DNA from: Acidimicrobiia bacterium
GTDB lineage: Bacteria > Actinomycetota > Acidimicrobiia > Spongiisociales > UBA5794
Reading direction: 5' to 3'
Assembly: GCA_030065575.1 (NCBI GenBank)
Contig: JASJDZ010000003.1
Location: 1,562 to 65,561 of the forward strand
DNA: 64,000 nt
In this document: piece after piece, positions 50,157-61,900 of the stretch
How the letters are laid out: each line of letters opens with the position of its first letter
How positions within the stretch are numbered: the first letter of the stretch is position 1
Position numbers and translations under genes: made by a program
Notes under the pieces: model-generated
Seen by the model: only the letters and a program-made list of their open reading frames with translations
The model's database searches: none
What the model was told of the DNA's origin: nothing

Positions 50157-50287
50157 CTCTGCCTTACCGGTGATAACCGGCGCAGATTGTGGCGTATTCC
50201 GAGCCCGATCGCCAATAGTTTCAGGCATGTGCGGCGTAGATGTCCGCATCGTCGCTCGCTGTCGAAGGCCAGAGGTTTGGGGACCTC

Positions 50288-50354
50288 GGATGATGCCGCC
50301 GGAACGGCGGTGTGGGAGTGGGGGGAAGACCGGTTCCGCCCCGGCGGATCATCC
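50288..50354 (-). ncRNA. Possible structured RNA: long hairpin with C-rich loop
   Basis: GGATGATCCGCCGG...CCGGCGGCATCATCC enclosing TCTTCCCCCCACTCCCAC (minus strand). Confidence 0.3.
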
Positions 50355-50433
50355 GTGGTACCTGGTATAACGTCGTGGCAGGCGATTTTGATCCCGGGAA
50401 TGTCCCGGACACGACTATGGACGGAGATTGTCG

Positions 50434-50895
50434 ATGCCGGTGCTGGTCATTGGGGCAGATACGAGATTGGGGCACGCCATCGTCCCGGCGCTCCAACCCG
50501 CGTCCGGCGAGATCCGCCTGTTTGCCTCTGATCCCGAAGCGGTGGACGGATATCGCAGCTTCGCCAAAGTGGCGGTCGGCGACATCAGTGACGGCACCCA
50601 TGTCGGTGGAGCTGCGATTGGTGCGTTCTGCGCCATCGTCATCGTCGCCGCCGCCCACGACGAGCGGGAACGCCACTTCGCTCGTGATGCCGAGGAGCTC
50701 TTCGCTCAGTGGGCCGACGGCCTCGCCGACGCGGGAATCCGTCGCGTGATCGTGGTCGGAAGCGACGACGAGTTGCCCGAGCGGGTTCGCCTCGACGAGA
50801 TCGGAGCCGAGTACGTCTTCGTGAGCACCTCGGGCCGGGACACCGGTGCGATACTCGCCGACGTAGCCGACGCCGAGGCGGCCGAGCGCCTCTAG
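50434..50895 (+). CDS. Hypothetical protein with degenerate Rossmann-like N-terminus
   Basis: PVLVIGADTRLG, KVAVGDISD..HV. Confidence 0.8.
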   Translation: MPVLVIGADTRLGHAIVPALQPASGEIRLFASDPEAVDGYRSFAKVAVGDISDGTHVGGAAIGAFCAIVIVAAAHDERERHFARDAEELFAQWADGLADAGIRRVIVVGSDDELPERVRLDEIGAEYVFVSTSGRDTGAILADVADAEAAERL

Positions 50896-52118
50896 AAGAT
50901 CTCAGCGCACCAGGGAGCAACCGAGCCGCGGAACATCATGTCGAGCAGCGATATCGCTTCCGGTCCCCCGGCTATGCGTCCCACTCGAGCCAGCCCCCGC
51001 GCATCAGATCCGCCCAGGTAGAGCGCCCCGAGCGTTGCCACGTCCATGGCAACGTCTCCTTCGCCGCTGACCCGCTCACATGAGCCCACTCCCCCGTCGA
51101 CCTCGAGCCGATAGGTGCCCTCGTTCCATTCCGCAAAGGCATCCGACAGCGATATCGTGATCCCCCCGTCACGGCTGTAGGTTCTCTTCCCTAGCGCATC
51201 GAGGACGTCGATCAGCCGGATCCAGAGGCTGTCGTGGAGGCTGGTCGTGTTTATCCCGCGCCCGTCGTTGAAGAGATGGTCGAGCGGATCGTCAACCGGA
51301 AGATCCCAGTGCTTGACTATCGGGAACAGATCGATGTTGCTTGCGTAGTGCCAGAGACCCCGATAGGCGGCATCGCTGGTTGCGATGATCTCCCGAATCC
51401 GCACCTCGCCCTTGAAGTCTTCCCAGTTCGCCTTCTGCCTATAGGTCATGTACCCGGCCGGCTCTCCTGCTACCTCAGCGAGTGCATGGCGCAGAGCGCT
51501 GGCACCGTCCCGGTACTTCTCCGGATCGTAGAAGAGCCGGTACTTCCACCAGGTCTCGGATCGCTGGAACATGCCGGGGCGCTCGGCTTGGACCGCGGCA
51601 AACAGGGGAGGTAGCAACTCAGCCGCCTCCTCGGCATCGATGAGTCGCACCGTCGACCCCACTTCAGCCTCCCCACGACCTACCTGTCGGGCGTCGTATT
51701 TGATCGATCGAATCGAAACCGCCGGTCCGTATCCGAACCTTCCGTATATCGGCACCTCTGATGCCCACAGCCCACCCAGTGGCTCACCGCGCTCACGTGC
51801 CATGTCGATATGGCGACGCATCATCGCGGTCAGGATGCCCTGCCGAGTGTGTGTGGGTTGCACAGTGATGATGGTCAGACCGGACATGGGAACCTGCGCA
51901 CCACCCGGAACCGTGACGGTCAGTTCGAAGTCGCCGCCGGTGCCGACAATGTCGTCGCCGTCGTAGACGGGATACATCCGATCCTGATCGAAGGTCGATT
52001 TGAACCGCTCCCTGCTCTGCTCGTCGTCGCGGTCCAGATCTTCCCCGAAGCCCGACGCAATAGCCTGGCGAAACGTGTCCAGCTCGTCCGCAACGAGTTT
52101 GCGAATCTCATAACTCAT
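50892..52118 (-). CDS. Eis-family GNAT acetyltransferase
   Basis: V.PTH.RQG.L, LWASE..IYGRFGYG, LWIRLIDV..AL..R.Y, LGALYLG, PWC.EIF. Confidence 0.92.
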   Translation of the reverse strand: MSYEIRKLVADELDTFRQAIASGFGEDLDRDDEQSRERFKSTFDQDRMYPVYDGDDIVGTGGDFELTVTVPGGAQVPMSGLTIITVQPTHTRQGILTAMMRRHIDMARERGEPLGGLWASEVPIYGRFGYGPAVSIRSIKYDARQVGRGEAEVGSTVRLIDAEEAAELLPPLFAAVQAERPGMFQRSETWWKYRLFYDPEKYRDGASALRHALAEVAGEPAGYMTYRQKANWEDFKGEVRIREIIATSDAAYRGLWHYASNIDLFPIVKHWDLPVDDPLDHLFNDGRGINTTSLHDSLWIRLIDVLDALGKRTYSRDGGITISLSDAFAEWNEGTYRLEVDGGVGSCERVSGEGDVAMDVATLGALYLGGSDARGLARVGRIAGGPEAISLLDMMFRGSVAPWCAEIF

Positions 52119-52206
52119 GGCCTGCACGCTATCAGGCTCGGCGAGTCGGGCGTCATCGGGTATCGCTTGCCCCTCCTAGGCTCGTGTCAGCCAAGAGGAG
52201 AGAAAC

Positions 52207-52995
52207 GTGCATCCAGTTCGCATCGCAACCCAGATTCACCCGCAGCACGCCGACTACTCCGACATCCGTCGGACCGTCGCCAGGGCCGAAGAACTCGGCG
52301 TGGACATCGTCTACAACTGGGATCACTTCTACCCGCTCTACGGCGATCCCGATGGCAAGCATTTTGAGTGCTGGACGATGCTCGGTGCCTGGGCTGAGCA
52401 GACCACCAACATCGAATTCGGGGCCCTGGTCACCTGCAACTCGTACCGCAACCCGCAGCTGCTGGCCGACATGGCGCGCACGGTCGACCACATGTCCGGG
52501 GGGCGTCTCATCCTCGGCATCGGCTCCGGATGGTTCCAACGCGACTACGACGAGTTTGGCTACGAGTTCGGTACTGCTCCCAGCCGTCTCCGCGACCTCG
52601 ACGCCAACCTGCCGTTGATCAAGGAGCGCCTCGCCAAGGGGAATCCGGCCCCGACGAGGAAGATCCCGATACTGATCGGTGGCGGCGGTGAGAAGGTAAC
52701 GCTACGTATCACCGCACAGCATGCCGACATGTGGCACTTCTTCGGGACCCCGGAGCAAATGGGTCGCAAGGCCGGCATTCTCGACGAATGGTGCGCCAAA
52801 GTTGGTCGCGACCCCGCCGAGATCGAGCGTTCCGCCCAGGTCGACTACGAGAAGATCACCGGCGATCCGCTCGCCCTTGCCGAGGAGTACTACGCCCTCG
52901 GGTTCACCAACTTCACGTTCGGCCTCAACGGCCCCGACTACGACTTGACTCCGGTCAAGCCGTGGCTCGAGTGGCGGGACGCCAAGAACGCCTAA
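52207..52995 (+). CDS. LLM-class F420-dependent oxidoreductase
   Basis: WDHFYPLYG, LVTCNSYRNPQLLADMARTVDH.SGGR. Confidence 0.93.
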   Translation: MHPVRIATQIHPQHADYSDIRRTVARAEELGVDIVYNWDHFYPLYGDPDGKHFECWTMLGAWAEQTTNIEFGALVTCNSYRNPQLLADMARTVDHMSGGRLILGIGSGWFQRDYDEFGYEFGTAPSRLRDLDANLPLIKERLAKGNPAPTRKIPILIGGGGEKVTLRITAQHADMWHFFGTPEQMGRKAGILDEWCAKVGRDPAEIERSAQVDYEKITGDPLALAEEYYALGFTNFTFGLNGPDYDLTPVKPWLEWRDAKNA

Positions 52996-55900
52996 CTACG
53001 GCGGGCAGTGGCCCGCACCAGGGTGCTGCCGATTGCCAGCAGCAGCAGGCCGAGGAGGGCGATCCGGCCCAGGTCGGCACCGGTGCGGGGTAGCTCATCG
53101 ACGGCGACCGAGGCGGAATCGGCATTGTCGCTGATGTCGACCTCGGGAACCGGCCCGGTCACTTCGACAACAGCGGTGTTGGTCGCCTCGGATCCGAAGT
53201 CGACGGCAACGGTTGCGCTCACGGTGATCGTGGCGGAGGCTCCCGGGTCGAGGTCGCCGGCGAGCACACAAGTCACGTCTTGACCGGCAGCGACACAGTC
53301 CCAGCCCTCGTTGTCGAGTGCGGCAACGGGCAGCTCATCTGGCACGGTGTCGGTGACGGTGATCGGGCCCAAGGCTCGGGCCGGGCCCTCGTTGCGAACC
53401 GTGATGGTGAACGCAACCAGGCCGCCTCGCTGTTGGTCCCCGGCGACGGTCTTGGTCAGCACCAGGTTGAACATACCTACGTAGCCAAAGTCGTTGTCCG
53501 CAGAATCGGCTCCTGAGACGACTGAGACCGGCGTGTTGTGGTCCAGGGTCAAGTCGGGATCGAAAGTCTGCAGCATTGGATCGGGGAAGCCGGCCGAATC
53601 GACAACAACCACATAGTCGCCGGCAGGGACATCGACGAACACGAAGGAGCCGTCGGGGGACGTTACGACGGCGGCTACTACGGAGTCGTCGCCTCCTCCA
53701 ATCACGCCATCCGGCCCGGGATCGATCAGTTGCACGGGTATCCCACCAATGCCGTTCTCACCGGCCCCGATTGCAGTGTCGGCGTCGGCGTCGTTCCAAA
53801 CGGTGCCGGAGACGCTGCCGAGGGCCGGGAACGAGGTTGGGGTGGGATCGTTGTTGTCGGTGGGATCGCCGTTGGCGTCCGGATCGATGTCCGTTCCGTT
53901 CTGGGACACATCGCCTACGGTCGTACCCGCCGGGGAGGTTGCCGTTCCGGTCGCCGTATTCCAGTACGTGCCCAGGTCGGCGCCGGGCTCCACAATCAGG
54001 TCGATCACTACGGTGGCCGTCGCTCCGGGATCCATGGTGTCGGCGCCGGTGAGCAGTGCCGTGTCGGTCATGCCATCGAATGTGGGCGATACGTCGAGCT
54101 CAATCGAGCTGACACCGACCAGCGACCAGGCGACGGCGTCGGCGTAAGTAGCGGCCAGGTCGTCGACCACCTGCACACCGCTGAGCACGACGTCGCCCAG
54201 GTTGGCGACGGTGAGTGTGTAGCTCACGTCGAATGATCCGTCGCCGTTGCTCATCGGATCTACGGGGCCGGACTTGGCGAGCCCGAGCAACGGGGCTTCG
54301 GAGAAGGACACCGGCGTCGGATCATCCTCGCCGGGATCGTCGTCATCGTCGACCGTGCCGTCGCTGTCATCGCCGTCGGAGTCGGGGTCGATGCCATCGG
54401 TCGATTGGTCGGTGACGGTGCTTCCACTCGGTGTCTCGCCACTCACATCTGCGGTGTTGTCGTGGGGACCCATATCCGCACCGGGGGTGAGCACGACTGA
54501 GATGCTCACCGTTCCGGTCTCTCCCGGATCCAGCGACTGGCCTGCTGCCAGCACATTGGCACTCGCCGAGCCGTCCCAGCTCGGATTCGCCGTCAGGCTT
54601 CCGTCAATGGCGATCGGGCTCGAGGGATCGAGACCGCTGAATTGCCCGAGGACATCGTCGGTGAGAAGGATATCGACCAGGGTCACGGAGCCGAGGTTCT
54701 CCACCGTGAGGAGATAGGTGACCGTGTAGGTGCCGTCTCCGAGGCTGACGACGCTGCTGACCGCTTTGGCCAGCCCGATGATGGCCGGGCTGATCGACGC
54801 AGCGCTTTCGTCGTCTTCGGATTGGTCGCCGTCGTCATTACCGGGAGTGCTGTCCGGGTCGAACTGGTCGGCTGCGGAGACCTGCACCGTGTTCTCATGT
54901 TCACCTGGAATACCGGATACCGGCCCAACGACTGCCTCAAAAGTCAGGGCGATCGTGGCCCCGGCTCCTATCGACAGATCCGCCCAGGTGATGGTGCCTC
55001 CCGCCAGGACCCCCGCGTTAGAGATCGAGGAGATGCCGCCGACACCGGAGGGTAGGGCGTCGGTTATGTCGACTCCTGTCGCATCGTTGGGGCCCCGGTT
55101 GGTCACGTTGATCGTGTAGACGACCGTTGCGCCCAGTGGCGGTGTTGCATCGTCTACCGACTTGCTCACCTCGAGGTCGATCTGCTGGGGAACCAGGCCC
55201 GCCGCGTCCTCATCATCCTCGGACTGGTCGCCGTCGTCGTTGCCGGGAGTGCTGTCCGGGTCGTACTGGTCGGCGGCCGTCACCTCGGCAACGTTGGTGA
55301 AGTCCGCGGGCGGAGCCTCCACCGTCGCTTCAAACGTCAGGTCCACCGAACCACCGGCGCCGATCGTGAGACCGGACCAGATCACTGTGGAGCCAACCGC
55401 AGAACCACCGTTCGAGATGCTGCCGATGCTGGAGAACCCGGAAGGCACCACGTCCTCAACTGCAACACCGGTGGCGGTATCGGGGCCCGCATTGGCGACG
55501 GTAACCGTGAATGTGACCACATCACCAACGTTGGGGGACGGATCGGAGACGGTCTTGGCCAGCGATAGATCGATCTGCTGCGGCACGACACTTGCGGAGT
55601 CCTCGTCGTCTTCGGACTGGTCCCCATCGTCGTTGTTGGGGGTCGAGTCGGTGTCGTACTGGTCGGCGGCAATGACTTCAGCGAAGTTGGCGTAGTCGGC
55701 GGGCGGAGCCTCCACCGTCGCCGCAAACGTCAACACCACAGAATCGCCGGCCGGGATCGACAAGCCGAGCCACGTAACCGTGTTGACCACTACAACTCCG
55801 CCACCGGAGGCGGCGCCGATGCTGGAGTACCCAGCAGGCACTACGTCTGCAACGGCAACACCGGTCGCGTTGTCAGGCCCGGCATTGGTGGCAGTGATCG

Positions 55901-58900
55901 TGAAGGTCACGACATCGCCTACGTTGGGTGTTGCGTCCGAGACGGTCTTGGTCAGCGATAGATCGATCTGCTGCGGGACCAGACTCGCCGCATCCTCATC
56001 ATCCTCCGACTGATCCCCATCGTCGTTACCCGGCGTCGAATCCGGATCGAACTGATCCGCGGAGGTGACCTCGGCAGTGTTGACATACTCGCCGGGCGTA
56101 CCGGTCGGTGGTTCCACAGTGGCCTGGAATGTCAGCGTTGCCGAACCGCCCGAGGCGATGGTCAGCCCGGACCAGGTGACCGTGGACCCGACCGCAGACC
56201 CACCGCCGGAGATGCTGCCGATGTTGGAGAAGCCAGAGGGCACAACGTCATCAACAGAGACCCCGGTGGCGTCGCTGGGGCCGAAGTTGGTCACCGTGAT
56301 AGTGAAGGTCACGACATCGCCTACGTTGGGCGCTGCGTTGGAAACCGTCTTGGCCAAGTCGAGGTCGGCCTCGAGCGGGGATGCCACGGCGGCGTCCTCG
56401 TCGTCTTCGGACTGGTCCCCATCGTCGTTGTTGGGGGTGCTGTCCGGGTCGTATTGGTCGGCGGCCGTCACCTCGGCAACGTTGGTGTATCCCGCGGGAG
56501 GGGCCTCCACAGTCGCCTCAAACGTGAGATCCAACGAACCACCTGGGCCGATCGTGAGACCGGACCAGGTGACCGTGTTGCCGGCCTCGCTGCCGCCATT
56601 GGAGATGCTGCCGATGGCCGAGAAGCCCGACGGTACGGCGTCCTCGACGGCCACATCCGTGGCAGCAGCGGGGCCGGCATTGGCGACAGTGACCGTGAAG
56701 GTCACGACATCGCCAACATTTGGTGATGGATCGGAGACAGCCTTGGTGAGCGATAGATCGATCTGCCGCGGCACGGCACCTGCCGAGTCCTCGTCATCCT
56801 CGGACTGGTCACCGTCATCGTTGCTAGGAGTGGAGTCGGGGTCGTACTGGTCGGCGGCAGTGACTTCGGCGACGTTGGTGTAGTCGGCGGGCGGAGCTTC
56901 CACCGTCGCTTGGAACGTCAGGTCAATCGAGCCACCCGAAGCGATGGTGAGACCAGACCAGGTGACCGTATTGCCGGCCGCGCTGCCACCATTGGAGATG
57001 CTGCCAATGGCCGAGAAGCCATCCGGTACGGCGTCCTCGACCGCAACCCCGGTGGCGATATCGGGACCGGCGTTCGACACTGTGACTGTGAAGGTGACGG
57101 TGTCGCCGACATTCGGAGATGCGTCCGAGATAGCCTTGGCCAGCGAGAGGTCGACCCGCTGCGGCACGGCACTTGCCGAGTCCTCGTCATCCTCGGACTG
57201 ATCGCCGTCGTCATTGCCCGGTGTCGAATCCTGGTCGTACTGGTCGGCGGCAGTCACCTGAGCAACGTTGGCGTAATCGGCAGGCGGAGCTTCCACCGTC
57301 GCCGCAAACGTCAGGTCCATCGAACCGCCGGCAGCGATGGTCAGACCGGACCAGGTGACTACCGAACCGACGGCCGAGCCGCCATTCGAGATGGCGCCGA
57401 TACCCGAGAACCCGGAAGGCACCACATCCTCAACAGCGACCCCGGTCGCACTGTCGGGGCCGGCGTTGGCGACCGTCACGGTGAAAGTCACCACATCGCC
57501 AACGTTTGGTGAGGGATCGGAGACGGTCTTGGTGAGCGACAGATCGATCTGCTGCGGCACCAGACTCGCCGCATCCTCATCATCCTCAGACTGATCCCCA
57601 TCGTCGTTGTTGGGGGTCGAGTCGGTGTCGTACTGGTCGGCGGCAATGACTTCAACGACGTTGGTGAAGTCGGCAGGCGGAGCCTCCACAGTCGCCGCAA
57701 ACGTCAGGTCCATCGAACCGCCGGCAGCGATAGTCAAACCAGACCACGTGACCGTACTGCCAACCGCAGAACCACCATTCGAGATTGCGGCGATGCCCGA
57801 GAAGCCATCCGGCACGGCGTCCTCGACCGCAACCCCGGTCGCAATGTCGGGACCGACGTTCGACACAGTGACTGTGAACGTGACCACATCACCGACATTC
57901 GGCGACGCATTGGACACCGACTTTGCCAGCGAGAGGTCGATCTGCTGCGGGACCAGGATCGCGGAGTCCTCATCGTCCTCCGACTGATCACCATCATCAT
58001 TATCCGGGGTCGAATCCGGATCGTATTGGTCGGCAGCAGTGACTTCGGCAACGTTGGTGAAGTCGGCGGGCGGAGCCTCCACAGTCGCCTCAAACGTGAG
58101 GTCCACCGAACCACCGGAAACAACGGTGAGACCGGACCAGGTGACCGTATTGCCGACCGCAGAACCACCGTTGGAGATACTGCCGATGCTCGAGAACCCA
58201 GACGGAACCGCGTCCTCAACCGCAACCGTGGTCGCCGCGTCAGGACCGGCATTCGACACAGTGACTGTGAACGTCACCACATCGCCAACGTTCGGTGAAG
58301 GATCGGAAACGGTCTTGGCCAGCGACAGGTCGACCTGCTGCGGCATCAGGCTCGCCGCATCCTCATCATCCTCCGACTGATCCCCGTCGTCATTGCCGGG
58401 GGTGCTGTCCGGGTCGTACTGATCGGCAGCAGTCACCTCAGCAACATTGGAATATCCGGCGGGCGGAGCTTCCACCGTCGCCGCAAACGTCAGATCCACC
58501 GAACCGCCGGCGGCGATGACAAGACCGGACCAGGCCACCGTGGACCCAACTGCGGAACCACCGTTGGAGATGGCGGCGATGCTCGAGAAGCCATCCGGCA
58601 CGCTGTCCTCGACTGAGACACCCGTCGCACTGTCGGGGCCGGCGTTCGACACTGTGACTGTGAACGTGACCACGTCACCAACATTCGGTGATGGACTAGA
58701 AACCGTCTTGGTCAACGACAGATCGATCAGCTGCGGAATCGCCGATACCGCATCCTCGTCATCCTCAGACTGATCACCGTCATCGTTGTTGGGAGTGCTG
58801 TCGGGGTCGTACTGGTCGGCGGCAGTGACTTCGGCGACGTTGGTGTAATCCGCAGGCGGAGCCTCCACCGTCGCCTCAAACGTCAACACCACCGAACCAC

Positions 58901-61900
58901 CAGAAGCGATAGTCAAGCCAGACCAGGTCACCGCGGACCCAACTGCGGAACCACCATTCGAGATGCTGCCGATAGCCGAGAAGCCATCCGGCACGCTGTC
59001 CTCGACCGCAACACCGGTCGCAGTGTCGGGACCGGCGTTCGCCACCGTCACCGTGAAGGTCACCACATCACCAACACTTGGTGATGGATCAGAAACCGTC
59101 TTGGTCAACGACAGATCGATCAGTTGCGGAACCGCCGATACCGCATCCTCGTCATCCTCAGACTGATCACCGTCGTCATTGTCCGGTGTCGAATCCGGAT
59201 CGAATCGATCGGAGCCGGTGACCTCAGCCACGTTCTTGTACTCGTCGGCCGCACCAGTCGGCGGATCGACGACTGCGTCGAAGGTGAGAATGACCGTATC
59301 GAGAGCGGTGATGCTGAGACCGGACCAGGTGACCGTATTGCCAACCACGCCGCCACCGTTGGAGATACTGCCGATGCCGGAGAACCCGGACGGCACAACA
59401 TCCTCCACCGCAACACCGGCAACGTCATCTGGCCCGAAGTTCGCCACGGTGATGGTGAAGGTCACGGTGTCTCCGACATTCGGAGTTGCATTCGACACGG
59501 ACTTCGTCAGTTCCAGGTCTGCCACTTCGGGGACCACGGACGCAGAATCCTCGTCGTCTTCGGATTGGTCGCCGTCGTCGTTGTTCGGAGTTGAGTCGGG
59601 ATCGAACTGATCAGAGGCGGTCACCTCAGCAACGTTCACGTACTCGCTCGGCGCACCGGTGGGCGCAACAACGTCGGCCTCGAAAGTCAGGATGATCGAT
59701 CCGCCGGAGCTGATGGCCAGTCCAGACCAGGTGACCGTCGACCCGGCAGCGATTCCGCCGCCGGAAACGTTGGCGACATTCGTGTAGCCAGAGGGGACAT
59801 CATCGACAACGGCAATGCCGGAGGCGTCGTCGGAGCCCAGGTTGACCACGGTGATGGTGAACGTGACTGTGTCACCAACGCCGGGAGTTGCGTCGGAGAC
59901 GGTCTTGCTGAGCTCGAGATCGGCCTCGGTCGGAAGTAGACCAACGTTGTCCTCGTCATCCTCGGATTGATCACCGTCGTCGTTGTTCGGAGTGGAGTCG
60001 GGATCGAATTGATCGGAGGCGGTCACCTCGGCCATGTTGAGATAGGCGGCAGGTGGCGCTTGGACCTCGGCCTGGAAGGTGACTGAAGTCGAACCGCCTG
60101 CCGGTACCGATAGGCCGGACCAGGTCACTACGTTCCCAACCGCCAATCCGCCGTCGGAGATGCTCCCAATCGATGCATACCCGTTGGGCACTGTGTCGGC
60201 CAGGGAGACGCCGGTTGCGTCGTCCGGACCGGCATTGCTGACGCTCAGGGTGAAGGTCACGACCTCACCCACCAGCGGCGCGCTGTCGGAAACGGACTTG
60301 ACCAGCGAGAGGTCGGCCTCCTGCGGCACAACCGCAGTCGCATCCTCGTCGTCCTCGGACTGGTCCCCGTCGTCATTGTCCGGGGTGCTGTCCGGGTCGT
60401 AGCGATCGGAGTCGACGACCTCAGCAACGTTCACGTACTCACCCGGCGCACCGGTTGGGGCGGCAACGGTCACATCGAAGGTCACCGCAGTCGACCCGCC
60501 GGCGGCGACCGCCAACCCGGTCCAGGAGATAACTCCGCCAGCTTCGCTGCCGCCATCGGAGATGTTGGTGATGGCGCTGTAGCCGGCCGGAACTACATCC
60601 TCTATGTCAACCCCGGTGGCGTCGTCCGGGCCGCCGTTGGAGACAGTGATAGTGAAGGTGACGGTGTCGCCGACATTTGGCGAGGCATCCGAGACTGTCT
60701 TGACCAGCGAGAGGTCGGCTTGCAGCGGGGTGACTCCGGCCCCATCCTCATCGTCCTCGGATTGATCGCCATCGTCGTTGTCCGGTGCCGAATCGGGGTC
60801 GCGCTGGTCGGAGGCAGTCACCTCAGCCGTATTGTCGTAATCGGCCGTTGGTGCCAACACCTCGGCATCGAAGGTGACCGCAGTGGTTCCCCCGGCGGGC
60901 ACGGTAAGGCCGGACCAGGTCACGGTCGAGCCCACGGCGGAACCGCCCGACGACACATTGACGATATTCGTGTACCCGTCCGGGACCGAGTCGGCGACCG
61001 CAACGCCGGTGGCGTCGTTGGGGCCGGCATTGGAGATCGTGATGGTGAAGGTGACGGTCTGACCCACATCCGGAGTGGCGTCGCTGACTGTCTTGGCCAG
61101 CGAGAGATCTGCCGCCTGCGGAGTCACCGTCTCGTTGGTCTCGTCATCCTCAGATTGATCGCCGTCGTCGTTATCCGGTGTCGAATCTGGATCGAGTGCG
61201 GCCGATGCGGTGACCTGGGCCACGTTCAGATACTCATCGGGAGCTCCGGATGGTGCTTGCACCGTCGCGGCGTATGTGAGGTTGATCGACGTAGAGGCTG
61301 GGATCGAGGCCACAGTCCAGATGAGGGTTGGGACTGCCGAGGCGTCCTGCGTGCTGCCTCCGGCGATCGAACCAGTCTCGTAGGCGAGCCCGGCGGGTAG
61401 GACGTCGGCCACCGCAACGTTGGTAGCGGTGTCCGGCCCGTCGTTGACCAGGGTGAGCACGTAGGTGATGGTGTCACCCACGTTGGGATTGATGTCGGAT
61501 GCTGACTTGAAGAGGCTGAGGTCGGCTCGAGCGGTGAGCACCGTCTCGGTGTCGGTGTCCGAGGTGGGTGTCCCTGCGGGGGCGAGCCCAACAACCGTTG
61601 CGGTGTTGGTGACCTGGCCGGTAGTCGCGTCCGCCGCAGTGACCGTGTAGGGAGCGGTACACGCCATCGTCCCCCCGGGAGCCAGAGTCGAACCCTGCGC
61701 CGGAGCGCACGTGATGGCGCCGAGCCCGGGCAGCGGGTCGCTGACCGTCACGTTGGTCAGCGACACGTCGCCGGTATTGGCCACGTCGAATGAGTAGGTG
61801 AGGGTGTCCCCCACCGAGACATCGCCGGAGCCATCCTCATCGGCATTTGCGTCCAGGTGTTTAACCAGCGTGATCGTCGGGCTGCCTTCGATCGGGGTGG

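Noticed and set aside
54790-61530. Regularly spaced conserved ~40-bp blocks as a CRISPR-like array
   Set aside because: The period is 393-402 bp, in frame within a protein, with synonymous variation
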